From Rickettsiales bacterium (GTDB lineage: Bacteria; Pseudomonadota; Alphaproteobacteria; Rickettsiales; JABIRX01), in NCBI GenBank assembly GCA_965658435.1, contig CBFHSE010000002.1, forward strand, positions 239 to 64,238: DNA of 64,000 nucleotides, read 5' to 3'. Under the pieces are notes generated by a model. That model did no database searches and was not told the DNA's origin. It saw nothing but the letters and a program-made list of their open reading frames with translations. The position numbers and the translations under genes are program-made. Positions 1 to 10,710 of the stretch are shown piece by piece (the stretch's first letter is position 1; every line of letters begins with the position of its first letter).

Positions 1-94
1 GGATTAAGATTAAGAAAGAAACAAGATCATAAAAATGAGTAAATTTTTTAAAAAAATCTAGTCAAAAAAAATTTTTGCATTATTAATCTCTATC

Positions 95-808
95 ATGCAA
101 AAAAACCATGAAGGATTTACTTTTCTAGAATTAGCAATAGCCTTAATTATATTAAGTCTATTAGTATCAGCTGCTACTGTAGGTAAAGAAATGGTATCTC
201 AAGCGAAAATAAAAAATTCAATTGAACAACTAAATGAATTACAAAATTCTATTAGAGCATTCAGATTAACCTATGGAGAACTTCCAGGCGATATTGCAAG
301 CGCCACTAATTACTGGGCTGAAACTGAAAATGGTAATGGTGATGGAAGGTTACAAGAAGTAGAAGGAAAATCTTTATGGCACTCACATTTGCAACTTGCA
401 GAATTAGCGCCAGGGTTCAATAAAGACAATGAAAATAGACCTATGTCAAGTTTAACAGCATGGGGAATTGAATTTATCTATGATGATCAATGGGGAAATT
501 ATAAAACTAGAAATATATTAAAGCTTTATGATTATGATAATAGTGGGTATGTAGAAATTGAAGCAGAAAAGCTACATGCAATAGATAAAAAATTAGATGA
601 TACAAGACCCTATACAGGAAAAATATTAGCAACTTCAGAAAATAATCTTTGCGATGAAAATGGTAATGCAGGGTCAATTAAATGCTGTGCAAATTATATG
701 AGTATGACTAACTCAAACTTTGATAATACAAGCCCTTCAATTAAAAAAAGCGAATATATTTTTGGTTCAGAAATATGTAGCTATCTTTTTATGGAATTAA
801 ACATCTAA
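95..808 (+). CDS. Type IV pilin / type II secretion pseudopilin-like protein
   Basis: N-terminus MQKNHEGFTFLELAIALIILSLLV matches the prepilin cleavage/methylation motif (G|FTxxE) followed by a hydrophobic helix. The rest of the protein is not recognised. Confidence 0.7.
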   Translation: MQKNHEGFTFLELAIALIILSLLVSAATVGKEMVSQAKIKNSIEQLNELQNSIRAFRLTYGELPGDIASATNYWAETENGNGDGRLQEVEGKSLWHSHLQLAELAPGFNKDNENRPMSSLTAWGIEFIYDDQWGNYKTRNILKLYDYDNSGYVEIEAEKLHAIDKKLDDTRPYTGKILATSENNLCDENGNAGSIKCCANYMSMTNSNFDNTSPSIKKSEYIFGSEICSYLFMELNI

Positions 809-1792
809 ATTTACTAAAAAACGTCCTGAAGTTTTCCCTTTTAACATTAATTCTGATATTTCTTTTATATCAAACAACGAAATTTCCGTAATGATTTTTT
901 CTAAATAACCCCAATCTTTAAAAGAAGAAATATAAGACCATATTTCTTGTCTGACTTTCATATTACAATTTGCAGATGAAATACCTTGTAACCTAATACC
1001 TCTTAAAATAAATGGGAACAGGTTAGATGCTAAATTACTACCCAATATATTACCACAAGCACATATAATACCATTATAATTAACCTGCTTTATAATCGTT
1101 TCTAATATTTCCCCTCCCAAATTATCTATCACAATATCAAAATTCTTATCAAGCAGTGGCTTTGTATTTTTAAGATCATCTGAAAAATTTAAAAAACTTA
1201 TATTTTCTAACCCTATTTTATTAAAAAAACCCTGATCATTTCCTCGTGACAAAACCAATAAATTATCTGATTTATTTTTTAATAATAATAAAGATATCAA
1301 ACCAACTCCACCTTTGGCTCCAGTTACTAAAATTTTTTTATCAGAAATATCATCAATAAATTTTTCAATATAATTTACAGAAAGAGCAGCAGCAAAACCA
1401 GCTGTTCCAAATAACATAGCTTGACGCAAACTAAGATTTTTTGGTTTTTTAACTACCAATTCTGAATTTAATACCACATATTCAGCAAAACCACCAGAAT
1501 GATTCATTCCTATATCGTAACCAGTAGCTATGATTTCTTCCCCTTCGGTAAAATTGCTTGCTTTTGACTCCACAATAACTCCAGACAAATCAACACCTGG
1601 AATATGAGGATAATTTCTTGTAACTCCTCTATGACCAGATATAGATAAACAATCTTTATAATTAAGAGAAGAATATGATATTTTGATCAATAACTGACCA
1701 TTTTGTATTTTTGGAACAGTTAAATTAACAATATTTGCCTTATATTTATCATTTTTAAAATCTATCTGTAATGCCTTATATTTTTTATTCAT
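797..1792 (-). CDS. YhdH/AcuI-family NADPH-dependent quinone/acrylyl-CoA reductase (MDR superfamily)
   Basis: Collinear with the E. coli YhdH pattern: SSLNYKD, HIPGVDLSG, GGFAEYV, GTAGFAAALS, VTGAKGGVG. Confidence 0.75.
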   Translation of the reverse strand: MNKKYKALQIDFKNDKYKANIVNLTVPKIQNGQLLIKISYSSLNYKDCLSISGHRGVTRNYPHIPGVDLSGVIVESKASNFTEGEEIIATGYDIGMNHSGGFAEYVVLNSELVVKKPKNLSLRQAMLFGTAGFAAALSVNYIEKFIDDISDKKILVTGAKGGVGLISLLLLKNKSDNLLVLSRGNDQGFFNKIGLENISFLNFSDDLKNTKPLLDKNFDIVIDNLGGEILETIIKQVNYNGIICACGNILGSNLASNLFPFILRGIRLQGISSANCNMKVRQEIWSYISSFKDWGYLEKIITEISLFDIKEISELMLKGKTSGRFLVNLDV

Positions 1793-2712
1793 GATCTTGG
1801 ATGTAAATTATGATAATTTTTAAATAACTTATCTTTATTAATTTTAGTATATCTTTCAGTTGTAGTTAAAGACTCATGCCCAAGCATTTCTTGTATTTCC
1901 CTTAAATTAACACCATTTGCTAATAAATGAGAAGCAAAACTATGCCTAAGTGAATGCGGCGTAGCAGATGAATCTAATTGTAATGCAAATTTTAACTTTT
2001 CAATCTTTCTTTGAATTATTCTAGGGCTTAAATCACCTCCTTTAACACCTTTAAAAATTTTTTCACCACGCCTAATATTAAAAGGCATAGACCTAATATA
2101 TTTTCTAATTTCAGTATAAATATTATCAAGTAAAGGAACATATCTTTGCTTTTTGCCTTTACCTCTTACCATAACAAACTCTGAATTAATGTCAGACTCA
2201 GTTAATGATAATACTTCAGATATTCTAAGACCCGTACTGTAAAACAGCAAAATAACCACATAATCTCTGCAACCAACCCAATCATCATATTTTTTTAATA
2301 CATCAAATAATCTAGATATCTCTGACAATTCTAAAGATTTTGGTAATGATTTAGCGATTTTAGGATAATTTAAATCTAAAAATGGAGAATTTTTTAATTT
2401 TAATTTATCTTCTATAGTAGCATAAAAACTTTTTAAGGCTGATAATTTTCTAGCCCTGGTTACAACTGATAATTTACGTTTTTTATTGCTTGCTAAAAAA
2501 GATCTTATTGTCTCAACATCAAGTTCTTTAAAACTATTAACTCCTATTTCTTCAGCTTTATATTCAGATAAAAATAAAGTAAAATCTTTAAGATCCAAAG
2601 AATATGAATCTACTGTTTTTACAGAATATTTCTGAACTTCTAATAATTTTTTTTGCCAAAAAAGCAGTAGATCTCTTAATTTAGCATCTGCAATAAAAGA
2701 CCAAGCTTGCAT
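1789..2712 (-). CDS. Tyrosine site-specific recombinase, XerC/XerD family
   Basis: C-terminal catalytic signature HSLRHSFASHLLANGVNLREIQEMLGHESLTTTERYTKI, plus an N-terminal SAM-like core-binding domain. XerC and XerD cannot be told apart by eye. Confidence 0.85.
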   Translation of the reverse strand: MQAWSFIADAKLRDLLLFWQKKLLEVQKYSVKTVDSYSLDLKDFTLFLSEYKAEEIGVNSFKELDVETIRSFLASNKKRKLSVVTRARKLSALKSFYATIEDKLKLKNSPFLDLNYPKIAKSLPKSLELSEISRLFDVLKKYDDWVGCRDYVVILLFYSTGLRISEVLSLTESDINSEFVMVRGKGKKQRYVPLLDNIYTEIRKYIRSMPFNIRRGEKIFKGVKGGDLSPRIIQRKIEKLKFALQLDSSATPHSLRHSFASHLLANGVNLREIQEMLGHESLTTTERYTKINKDKLFKNYHNLHPRS

Positions 2713-2724
2713 TTTGCCTTGAAA

Positions 2725-3381
2725 TTAAAGAATTTTCTGACCTGATTTTTTCCAATCAGCCACAAAAACATCAAGACCTTTATCTGTTAATGGATGCTTA
2801 ATTAACTCCTTAACAATTTTTGGAGGAATTGTAGCAATATCAGCTCCAATTTTTGCACATTCTATTAAATGGATTGGGTTTCTAATAGAAGCAGCAAGTA
2901 TTTTAGTTTCTATATCCGGGTAATTATCATAAACATCCCTAATTTCAGAAATTAAATTCAAGCCATCAAGACCAATATCATCTAACCTACCTATAAAAGG
3001 AGAAATATAAGTAGCTCCAGCCTTAGCTGCCAACAAAGCTTGGCTAGCAGAAAAACATAAAGTGACATTAACAGTTGCCCCCTCACCTGTTAATTGTTTA
3101 CATAATTTTAAACCGTCCCAAGTTAAAGGTAATTTTATCGTTATATTATCAGCTATTTTTCTAAGCTCATAAGCCTCTTTTAACATTTGATCATATTCTG
3201 TAGCAGCAACTTCAGCACTTACTGAGCCAGAAATTACTTTACAAATTTCACATAAAATTTCTTTAAAATCTTTACCTTCCTTTGCAACTAATGAAGGGTT
3301 TGTAGTGACCCCATCAATTAAGCCGGTTTCTGATAATTCATTAATCTCTAAAATATTAGCTGTATCTATAAAAAATTGCAT
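2725..3381 (-). CDS. tal: Short-type transaldolase / fructose-6-phosphate aldolase family
   Basis: [15 protein letters not shown]...GVTTNPSL and ...TIKLP... are typical of 215-220 aa subfamily 3B transaldolases. Confidence 0.85.
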   Translation of the reverse strand: MQFFIDTANILEINELSETGLIDGVTTNPSLVAKEGKDFKEILCEICKVISGSVSAEVAATEYDQMLKEAYELRKIADNITIKLPLTWDGLKLCKQLTGEGATVNVTLCFSASQALLAAKAGATYISPFIGRLDDIGLDGLNLISEIRDVYDNYPDIETKILAASIRNPIHLIECAKIGADIATIPPKIVKELIKHPLTDKGLDVFVADWKKSGQKIL

Positions 3382-3432
3382 TTTTCCTCTAACAAATTTA
3401 TAAAAAGCAAATTACTCCTAATATTTAAAAAA

Positions 3433-4332
3433 ATGAAGTATTATCTCTATTTTATTTCACAACCCAACAAATTAACAAAAAATATCTATAAAGAGATATT
3501 ACAATATATTAAAAATCATCAGCTAAAAATTTTAAAAGAAGAAATATTAGCAGAATCGGAATGTTACTGCTTTCTTTTAAATTTAAATTCAGATGAAAAC
3601 ATATTCTTAAACAAAGTAAGAAAAGATTTTTACAAATTAGAAATAGATATTTTTTTGATTAAAGAAGAATATAGAAAAATCAAAAAATTACTAATAGCTG
3701 ATATGGATTCAACAATAATTGAAAATGAATGCATAGATGAAATAGCTAAATATGCTAATAAATATGAAGAAGTTAAAAAAGTTACCGAAGCAGCAATGAA
3801 TGGAGAATTAGATTTTAGCTCTTCCTTAATAAAAAGAGTAAAATTATTAAAATCTATTCCATTAACAAGCTTAGAGGAAATTTATAATAATAACATCAAA
3901 TTATCATATGGAGCAGAAATATTAGGAAAGACCCTTAGAAAATATAATTGCCACCTTGCCTTAGCCTCTGGAGGATTTCAATTTTTTACCAATAAAATTA
4001 AAGAAAAAATATCATTTAACGAAGACCATTCCAATAATCTAGAAGTAAAAAATAATATTTTAACAGGAAATATTATTCCACCAATTTTTGATAATTATAG
4101 CAAATTAAAATTAAGCCAAAATTTACAAAAAACACTCAATCTTCAACCAGAAGAAATAATTTGCGTTGGAGATGGAGCAAATGATATACCAATGTTAAAA
4201 AGCACCCCATTTGGAATTGCTTATAAAGCAAAAAAAACAGTAAAAACAGCAAGCCATCATCACATAAATCATAGCTCATTAACATCGATATTATATTTAC
4301 AAGGAATAAAAAAAATTGATTTTATTATTTAA
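3433..4332 (+). CDS. serB: Phosphoserine phosphatase (HAD superfamily)
   Basis: HAD motif I ADMDSTIIENECIDEIA, then AMNGELDF, ASGGF and GDGANDIPM. The ORF opens at 3376, but that start overlaps tal, so I prefer the internal MKYY start at 3433. The start is uncertain. Confidence 0.75.
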   Translation: MKYYLYFISQPNKLTKNIYKEILQYIKNHQLKILKEEILAESECYCFLLNLNSDENIFLNKVRKDFYKLEIDIFLIKEEYRKIKKLLIADMDSTIIENECIDEIAKYANKYEEVKKVTEAAMNGELDFSSSLIKRVKLLKSIPLTSLEEIYNNNIKLSYGAEILGKTLRKYNCHLALASGGFQFFTNKIKEKISFNEDHSNNLEVKNNILTGNIIPPIFDNYSKLKLSQNLQKTLNLQPEEIICVGDGANDIPMLKSTPFGIAYKAKKTVKTASHHHINHSSLTSILYLQGIKKIDFII

Positions 4333-4389
4333 AATAATTTTAATTAATAAACTTGTAATTGTTAATTTAGTTACTATATAATAAATGCG

Positions 4390-6234
4390 ATGAAAAAAAA
4401 GTCAGACAACAATAAAAATTCTAAAAATTTTCTAATCTGGGTAGCAATATTTGGAGCATTTTTAGTAATAAGCAGCCTAATTAATCAATCAAACAGACAA
4501 AAAAACCAAATAGATTTTTCAGACTTCCTGGCAAATGTCAAAGCGGGTCATGTTATATCTGTTTCAATATCTAGCAATAATGCGATTGAAGGAAAATATA
4601 AAGATAATAGCATTTTTACCACCCAAGCTCCTAATTATCCTAACTTAATAGATAAATTAGAAGAAGCTAATGTAAGAATCAAAGTAACAACAGCAGATAA
4701 TATGAAAACCACCTTAATTTCTGCTTTAATATCTTGGTTACCATTTATCATCATAATTTTTGTTTGGGTTTATTTTGTCAAAAAAATGGGTAAAGGAGGA
4801 GGAAACCCCTTAAGCTTTGCAAAAAGTAAAGCTAAAATGTACATGAATAAAGACATTAAAATAACTTTTAAAGATATTGCAGGAATTGAAGAAGCAAAAG
4901 AAGAGATAATGGAATTAGTAGAATTCCTCAAAGACCCTTTCAAATTTAAAAAATTAGGAGGAAAAATACCTAAAGGTTGTTTATTAATCGGAAACCCAGG
5001 CACAGGAAAAACCTTATTAGCGAAAGCAATTGCTGGCGAAGCAAAAGTTCCTTTTTTTAGCATTTCAGGATCTGATTTTGTTGAAATGTTTGTAGGAGTA
5101 GGAGCAAGCAGAGTAAGAGACTTATTTGAACAAGGAAAAAAAAATGCTCCTTGCATAATTTTCATTGACGAAATTGATGCAGTAGGAAGACATAGAGGAG
5201 TTGGCGTTGGTGGAGGTAATGATGAAAGAGAGCAAACTTTAAATCAACTTCTTGTAGAAATGGATGGCTTCCAAGAAAATGAGGGTGTTATTATTTTAGC
5301 TGCAACTAATAGAGCAGATGTTCTTGACAAAGCTCTCCTTAGACCAGGAAGATTTGACAGACAAATCAACGTTCCAAATCCCGACGTAAATGGCAGAAAA
5401 AGAATTTTAGAAGTTCATGCTAAAAATGTAGAAATAGCTCCAGATGTAGATTTAAGCATAATTGCTAGAGGAACTCCTGGTTTTGCAGGTGCTGAATTAC
5501 AAAACTTAGTTAATGAGGCAGCTCTTCATGCGGCTCGTCATAATAAAAAAATGGTAACCATGAAAGATTTTGATTATGCAAAAGATAGAGTCTTGATGGG
5601 TGCTGAAAGAAAATCAATGGTAATGAAAGAAGAAGAAAAGAAACTAACAGCTTATCATGAAGCAGGTCATGCTATTGTTACAGTATTTTCAGAAGCATCA
5701 GACCCAATCCACAAAGCAACTATAATGCCAAGAGGAGCAGCTTTAGGAATGGTAATGCGTTTACCTGAAGATGACAAATTATCAGTCACATATGAAAAAC
5801 TTAAGGCAGATCTTGCTGTTGCGATGGGAGGTAGAGTTGCTGAGGAAATAATTTTTGGTGCAAATAAGGTAACCACAGGTGCCTCATCAGATATTCAGCA
5901 AGCTACGAGAATATCAAAAATGATGGTAACTAAATGGGGAATGTGTGAAGCAATTGGACCAATAATGCATGAAATGAGTCAAGAAGACTTCATATCTAAT
6001 GATAAAGCAAATCTCATAGATGAGGAAGTAAAAAAATTAGTAGAAGGAGGCTATAATACAGCAAAAATTCTTCTTAAAAAACATATTAAAAAACTCCATT
6101 TACTTGCTGAAGCTCTAATAAAATACGAAACTCTTAGCGGAAGTGAAGTTAAAGAAATTATTGCAGGTAAAAAAATTCGTACCAATCAAGCAAAAGAAAC
6201 TGTTGCTAAAAAAACAAAAAAAACAGCATCATAA
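4390..6234 (+). CDS. ftsH: ATP-dependent zinc metalloprotease FtsH
   Basis: Two N-terminal TM helices, Walker A GNPGTGKT, Walker [10 protein letters not shown], the SRH region and the HEAGHA zinc motif. Confidence 0.97.
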   Translation: MKKKSDNNKNSKNFLIWVAIFGAFLVISSLINQSNRQKNQIDFSDFLANVKAGHVISVSISSNNAIEGKYKDNSIFTTQAPNYPNLIDKLEEANVRIKVTTADNMKTTLISALISWLPFIIIIFVWVYFVKKMGKGGGNPLSFAKSKAKMYMNKDIKITFKDIAGIEEAKEEIMELVEFLKDPFKFKKLGGKIPKGCLLIGNPGTGKTLLAKAIAGEAKVPFFSISGSDFVEMFVGVGASRVRDLFEQGKKNAPCIIFIDEIDAVGRHRGVGVGGGNDEREQTLNQLLVEMDGFQENEGVIILAATNRADVLDKALLRPGRFDRQINVPNPDVNGRKRILEVHAKNVEIAPDVDLSIIARGTPGFAGAELQNLVNEAALHAARHNKKMVTMKDFDYAKDRVLMGAERKSMVMKEEEKKLTAYHEAGHAIVTVFSEASDPIHKATIMPRGAALGMVMRLPEDDKLSVTYEKLKADLAVAMGGRVAEEIIFGANKVTTGASSDIQQATRISKMMVTKWGMCEAIGPIMHEMSQEDFISNDKANLIDEEVKKLVEGGYNTAKILLKKHIKKLHLLAEALIKYETLSGSEVKEIIAGKKIRTNQAKETVAKKTKKTAS

Positions 6235-6257
6235 ACCAAACCCACAATTAACTCATA

Positions 6258-6605
6258 ATGCAAAACTCATTTAAATTAGCAACCTCTTTAAAAAATATAT
6301 TAGAAGAAAATAAAGCCGAAGAAATATCATTAATTGCTATGGCAGATAAAAATGATATTTGTGATTATATGATTATTGCCTCAGGAACATCTAACAGACA
6401 TGTTATATCACTAGCAGAAAAAATTATTCAATATATAAAACATGAAACTCAGTTAAATTATAATTCTGAAGGAATGGATGATGGAAAATGGGTATTAGTT
6501 GATACACCCCAAATTATAACTCATATATTTCATCCTGAAACAAGATCATATTACGACTTAGAAGCATTATGGTCAAACCCAAAACAAAGATCTAAAACTG
6601 ATTAA
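6258..6605 (+). CDS. rsfS: Ribosomal silencing factor RsfS (iojap family)
   Basis: About 115 aa with CDYMIIASGTSNRHV and KWVLVD...HIF motifs, characteristic of RsfS. Confidence 0.85.
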   Translation: MQNSFKLATSLKNILEENKAEEISLIAMADKNDICDYMIIASGTSNRHVISLAEKIIQYIKHETQLNYNSEGMDDGKWVLVDTPQIITHIFHPETRSYYDLEALWSNPKQRSKTD

Positions 6606-7330
6606 ACCTTCCAAAATATAATATTTGCAAACCAACCAGCGAATAAAGCAGCAAAAACACAAAACAAAGCATAAGCTATACTATAATCATGAGCTGAATT
6701 ATAAATAAATGATTCAAACCCAGTACGCTTTACTTCAATTGGAATAGTTTGCATAGCAACAAAATTATTATCAGACACTAGATAAATATCCACATTATAA
6801 ACACCATGTGGAATAGTTTTAGGAAAGTTCAAATTAGCTTTAAATAAAGTATCTCCCATAAATTTAATTTTATTAACATTTTTAGCATATAACTCATTAT
6901 TAAATTTCTCTTCATAAATAGCTGAACGAAAATCATCTATCTCCTCAAGATAAGCCTCACCAGTATAATTTAGAGGTATATTTTCAACTCCTATATTTAA
7001 ATTCTTTACTAATAATTCATTTGATATATTGGCAACATCAAAGCTACTATATATATCATAAAAACCATAAACATCCTTAAATTTCATTTGCTTTCTATTT
7101 AGCCATATTCCAGCTATTTTTTCTTTTTTTCTTACAGCATAATCTTCATCAGGACCCCTAACAACAACAATAATCTCACCTGGTGAATTTCTAGCCCCGA
7201 ATAAAAATAGCTTCTGACCTGAAAATCTTGCATCTATAAGAATTTTATCATGGCTAATATCTGAATCGATAGGTTTTGCAAAAATATTGCAAGATATCAA
7301 TGTTAAAATACAGATTATTTTAATTCTCAT
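6602..7330 (-). CDS. Alphaproteobacterial TIGR02186-like membrane protein (partner of TauE permease)
   Basis: Signal peptide, a single C-terminal TM helix, and translational overlap with the upstream TauE/SafE gene. I recall this pairing as typical of alphaproteobacteria. Confidence 0.5.
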   Translation of the reverse strand: MRIKIICILTLISCNIFAKPIDSDISHDKILIDARFSGQKLFLFGARNSPGEIIVVVRGPDEDYAVRKKEKIAGIWLNRKQMKFKDVYGFYDIYSSFDVANISNELLVKNLNIGVENIPLNYTGEAYLEEIDDFRSAIYEEKFNNELYAKNVNKIKFMGDTLFKANLNFPKTIPHGVYNVDIYLVSDNNFVAMQTIPIEVKRTGFESFIYNSAHDYSIAYALFCVFAALFAGWFANIIFWKV

Positions 7331-8234
7331 CGATTAACATCACCTCAAAAGGGTTAATAGGAGCAATAAAAAAACCTAATGCTAATTCAAATACTAAAGT
7401 AAGAATAATAATTGCTAATATAGCTCGTAATTTTTCTGCAGAACAAAATAAAGAAACTCTAGTTCCAAATTGAGCTCCTACAACTGAGCTAACTAATAAT
7501 ATACCTGCCAATACTATATCTACAGATTGAGTAGTTAAAATATGCAAAATAGTTACATTAGAAGTAACAAATATAACTTGAAATAATGAAGTACCAACAA
7601 CTACTGAAGTTGGCATCCCTAATATATAAATCATTGCTGGGATCATTATAAACCCTCCACCAATTCCCATAATTGACACTAATATACCAGAAAAAATACT
7701 TACAAAAACAGGTATTAACAAACTTATTGTTAAGTCTGAACGCGGGAAATAAATTTTAAAAGGCAGCTTATTATATAATTTATCTTTCCTATTAAGCTTC
7801 ATTGACCGAGATTTAATCTTAAAAACAGCTTTAAAGCTCTCATAAGCCATTGAAAAACCAATAAAACCAAGTACAAATATATATAAAAGGGAAATAACCA
7901 AATCAATTTGACCAAATCCTTTTAAAAACTTAAAAATTAATACTCCAATTGATGAACCGACAAAACCGCCCATAATTAAAATATTACCCATTTTAAAATC
8001 TACATTTTTACGCCTTGCATGAGTTAAAAAACCAGAAAATGAAGAGGCTATTATTTGATTAGCAGAGGATGCAACAGCTATGGCTGGCCCAACCCCCATA
8101 AAAATTAATAAAGGTGTCATTATAAAACCTCCACCAATACCAAATAAACCGGATAAAATGCCAGCAAAAAAACCAGCTAATAATAGCCATAAAATATTTA
8201 TTGGTATTTCTGCAATAGGCAAATATATTTCCAT
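7320..8234 (-). CDS. TauE/SafE family sulfite/anion exporter (DUF81)
   Basis: Polytopic membrane protein with duplicated GIGGGFIM(T/I)P motifs. Confidence 0.8.
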   Translation of the reverse strand: MEIYLPIAEIPINILWLLLAGFFAGILSGLFGIGGGFIMTPLLIFMGVGPAIAVASSANQIIASSFSGFLTHARRKNVDFKMGNILIMGGFVGSSIGVLIFKFLKGFGQIDLVISLLYIFVLGFIGFSMAYESFKAVFKIKSRSMKLNRKDKLYNKLPFKIYFPRSDLTISLLIPVFVSIFSGILVSIMGIGGGFIMIPAMIYILGMPTSVVVGTSLFQVIFVTSNVTILHILTTQSVDIVLAGILLVSSVVGAQFGTRVSLFCSAEKLRAILAIIILTLVFELALGFFIAPINPFEVMLIDEN

Positions 8235-8303
8235 TAAAACTCTGAAAAAAGAGGTTCTATAAAGTTAAAGAATAAGGCTATTTATAAAGATATAATTATA
8301 AAA

Positions 8304-9695
8304 TTAAAGATTTTTAAAAATCTCTAAGGCCTTATTACGAGCATCAGCATGATTTACAATTGGTTTAGGATAATTTTCACCTAACTTTACTCCAGCAAAA
8401 TCTAACTCTTTCTCGGATGCCTCCCAAGGTCTATGAATATACTTATTTGATAATTTTGATAATATTGGTAACCATTTCCTAATATATGTTCCATCATCAT
8501 CAAATTTTTCTCCTTGAGTAATTGGATTAAAAATTCGAAAATAAGGTGCTGCATCAGCTCCACTTCCTGCAACCCACTGCCACGAAGCACTATTATTTGC
8601 CATATCAGCATCTAGTAACTGATTCCAAAAAAACTCTTCGCCAAGTCTCCAATCAATAAATAAATCTTTTATTAAAAAAGAAGCCACTATCATTCTAGCT
8701 CTATTATGCATATAACCAGTTTGATATAATTCTGTCATTGCTGCATCAATAACTGGATATCCTGTTTTGGCTTTTGCCCATTTATTAAATAAATGCATAT
8801 TATTTTGCCAAGGAAAACTATCAAATTTACTATTAAAATTTTTCTCTCTCAACTCTTTAAAATGATAAAGTAAGTAATAGGAAAATTCTCTCCAGCATAA
8901 TTCTGAAATAAATTTACTAATTTGCTTATCATTTAATCTATTTCTTAAAGTTTGGAAAATATAATCAACAGATATTTCACCAAAATGTAAATGCGGTGAC
9001 AAAGCAGAACAAATATCTTTATTTAGAAAATTTCTACCTTCAGCATAATTTACAACTTTTCTATCTATAAAATCATGAAATTTTTCATAAGCAGCTTTCT
9101 CACCCATTGTAAAATATTTTAAAAATTTGCTCCCCCAATCAGGGTTTTTAGGCAATAAATTTAAATCATCAATAGATAATGAGTTAATATTATTTTCATA
9201 TAAGTTAATATCCCCCCCCTCTTCTAATTCAACAAAATTCTCTTCTAAAAAAAGCTGCATTTTTTTATAAAATGGCGTAAATACTTTAAAATAACTACCT
9301 TGATTATTTTTGATTTGCCATGGTTCAGAGAGCAAGTTAGCTCTATAACTTTCAACAGTTAATTTATCTTTAAAAAATTCTTTTATTTTCTTATCAGATG
9401 AAATAGCTTCTGGTTCATATTGACGATTCCAAAAAAGATAATCAGCTTTACTAAAAGCAATTATTTCACTTAAAACCTCAACTGGGTCACCTATCCTGAT
9501 GATTAATTTATTATCATATTGCAAGGATAGCTTTTGCAAGGAATGGTAAAGCCAAACCCTTTGAGCTTCGCCATAATCTTTAGGGTTATAAATAAATAAA
9601 GGTATAATATGAGCTGATTTAGCAGCTTCGCTTAAGGCTTTATTATATTTAATACGCAAATCCTTACGATGCCATAAAATAGCAACTTTACTCAT
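8304..9695 (-). CDS. phrB: Deoxyribodipyrimidine photolyase (class I CPD photolyase/cryptochrome family)
   Basis: ILWHRKDLR start, and a FAD-binding C-terminal region: TGYPVIDAAM...GYMHNRARMIVASFL...DADMANNSASWQWVAGSGADAAPYFRIFNP. Confidence 0.9.
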   Translation of the reverse strand: MSKVAILWHRKDLRIKYNKALSEAAKSAHIIPLFIYNPKDYGEAQRVWLYHSLQKLSLQYDNKLIIRIGDPVEVLSEIIAFSKADYLFWNRQYEPEAISSDKKIKEFFKDKLTVESYRANLLSEPWQIKNNQGSYFKVFTPFYKKMQLFLEENFVELEEGGDINLYENNINSLSIDDLNLLPKNPDWGSKFLKYFTMGEKAAYEKFHDFIDRKVVNYAEGRNFLNKDICSALSPHLHFGEISVDYIFQTLRNRLNDKQISKFISELCWREFSYYLLYHFKELREKNFNSKFDSFPWQNNMHLFNKWAKAKTGYPVIDAAMTELYQTGYMHNRARMIVASFLIKDLFIDWRLGEEFFWNQLLDADMANNSASWQWVAGSGADAAPYFRIFNPITQGEKFDDDGTYIRKWLPILSKLSNKYIHRPWEASEKELDFAGVKLGENYPKPIVNHADARNKALEIFKNL

Positions 9696-9697
9696 AA

Positions 9698-10108
9698 TTA
9701 AATATTACCTAAAATTGCTATATATAAATTAGAAATAGCACCTGCAAAAATACTAAGAAATGTTAAAAACATCGCTATCATTCTTATATTATCTCTAATA
9801 ACATTTTCTGATAGGCTAAAAGCATGTAATAACCTTCCTAAAAGCAAACTAAAACCAGCTGTATGCACTAACCAAAAACCAGCACCATTGCTTTCACTAA
9901 GTATAAGTAAAATTAATGATATCGGTACATATTCAATAAAATTCGCGTGTCTTCTAATCAAAATTTTTAAGCTTTTATTATTACCATCACCAATTGTAAT
10001 ATTATGCAAAATTCTTAGCCTAATAACCGAAGCTGAAAGATAAAAATAAATAAACCCTAAAATTGACGCATAAAAACTTGTCCAATACATATAAACCTTT
10101 TTTGACAA
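9698..10108 (-). CDS. MAPEG family membrane protein
   Basis: About 135 aa with four TM segments and RRHANFIEYVP, a MAPEG-like motif. Confidence 0.6.
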   Translation of the reverse strand: MSKKVYMYWTSFYASILGFIYFYLSASVIRLRILHNITIGDGNNKSLKILIRRHANFIEYVPISLILLILSESNGAGFWLVHTAGFSLLLGRLLHAFSLSENVIRDNIRMIAMFLTFLSIFAGAISNLYIAILGNI

Positions 10109-10171
10109 TTTTGTTAACTTGAATAAAACTCTTTTTCAAGGAATAATATTGAATAATCAAAATAAGAATTT

Positions 10172-10558
10172 ATGAAATCGGATAAAATAAACAAACAAAA
10201 AAACGTCCTAGGTGAAGAATTAGAATTTTGTTGTTACAAACCTAAAACTGGATTTTTACGAAATGGCTATTGTCATATAATACCAGAAGACCGAGGATCA
10301 CATACAATATGCATTGAAATTACCAATGATTTTTTAAATTTTCAAAAAAAAATAGGCAATGATTTAAGCACCCCAGCTCCAGAATTTAATTTTCCCGGCT
10401 TAAAAGATGGTGATAGATGGTGTGTTTGCGCCTCAAGAGTAAAACAAGCAATAACTGCAGCTATTAATATAAAAATACTGCTTCGCTCAACTAATGAAGC
10501 CGCATTAGAATATGTATCACTAGCTGAAATGAAAAAATACGCCATTGATATTTCTTAA
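10172..10558 (+). CDS. DUF2237 family protein
   Basis: NVLGEELEFCC...GFLRNGYC...DRGSHTIC...RWCVCASR is the conserved cysteine pattern of DUF2237. Confidence 0.7.
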   Translation: MKSDKINKQKNVLGEELEFCCYKPKTGFLRNGYCHIIPEDRGSHTICIEITNDFLNFQKKIGNDLSTPAPEFNFPGLKDGDRWCVCASRVKQAITAAINIKILLRSTNEAALEYVSLAEMKKYAIDIS

Positions 10559-10710
10559 GTAGAATAATCTATAAAGAGTTTCTTTCGCACCCAAAGTCGT
10601 AATATTAGAGGTTTATAATTATATACAAGGTTAAAAAGTTAATATTAATAACAAACAACAAGTTTATAAAAAACCTCTCTTAGAATTTTTAATAAATAAT
10701 ATTCAGAAAT

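Noticed and set aside
4770-5876. Antisense ORFs of 131 aa and 69 aa inside ftsH. Similar antisense or nested ORFs occur inside iscS, iscU, iscA, hscA, the photolyase gene, the portal gene, the capsid gene and others.
   Set aside because: Each lies entirely within a strongly supported gene on the opposite strand or in another frame. Their sequences are low-complexity with no motifs. They are typical shadow ORFs.
10559-10710. A distant inverted repeat, AGAGGTTT...AAACCTCT, between the DUF2237 and ankyrin genes as a regulatory structure.
   Set aside because: The arms are short and separated by about 50 nt of AT-rich sequence. This is compatible with chance, or with a weak bidirectional terminator at most.
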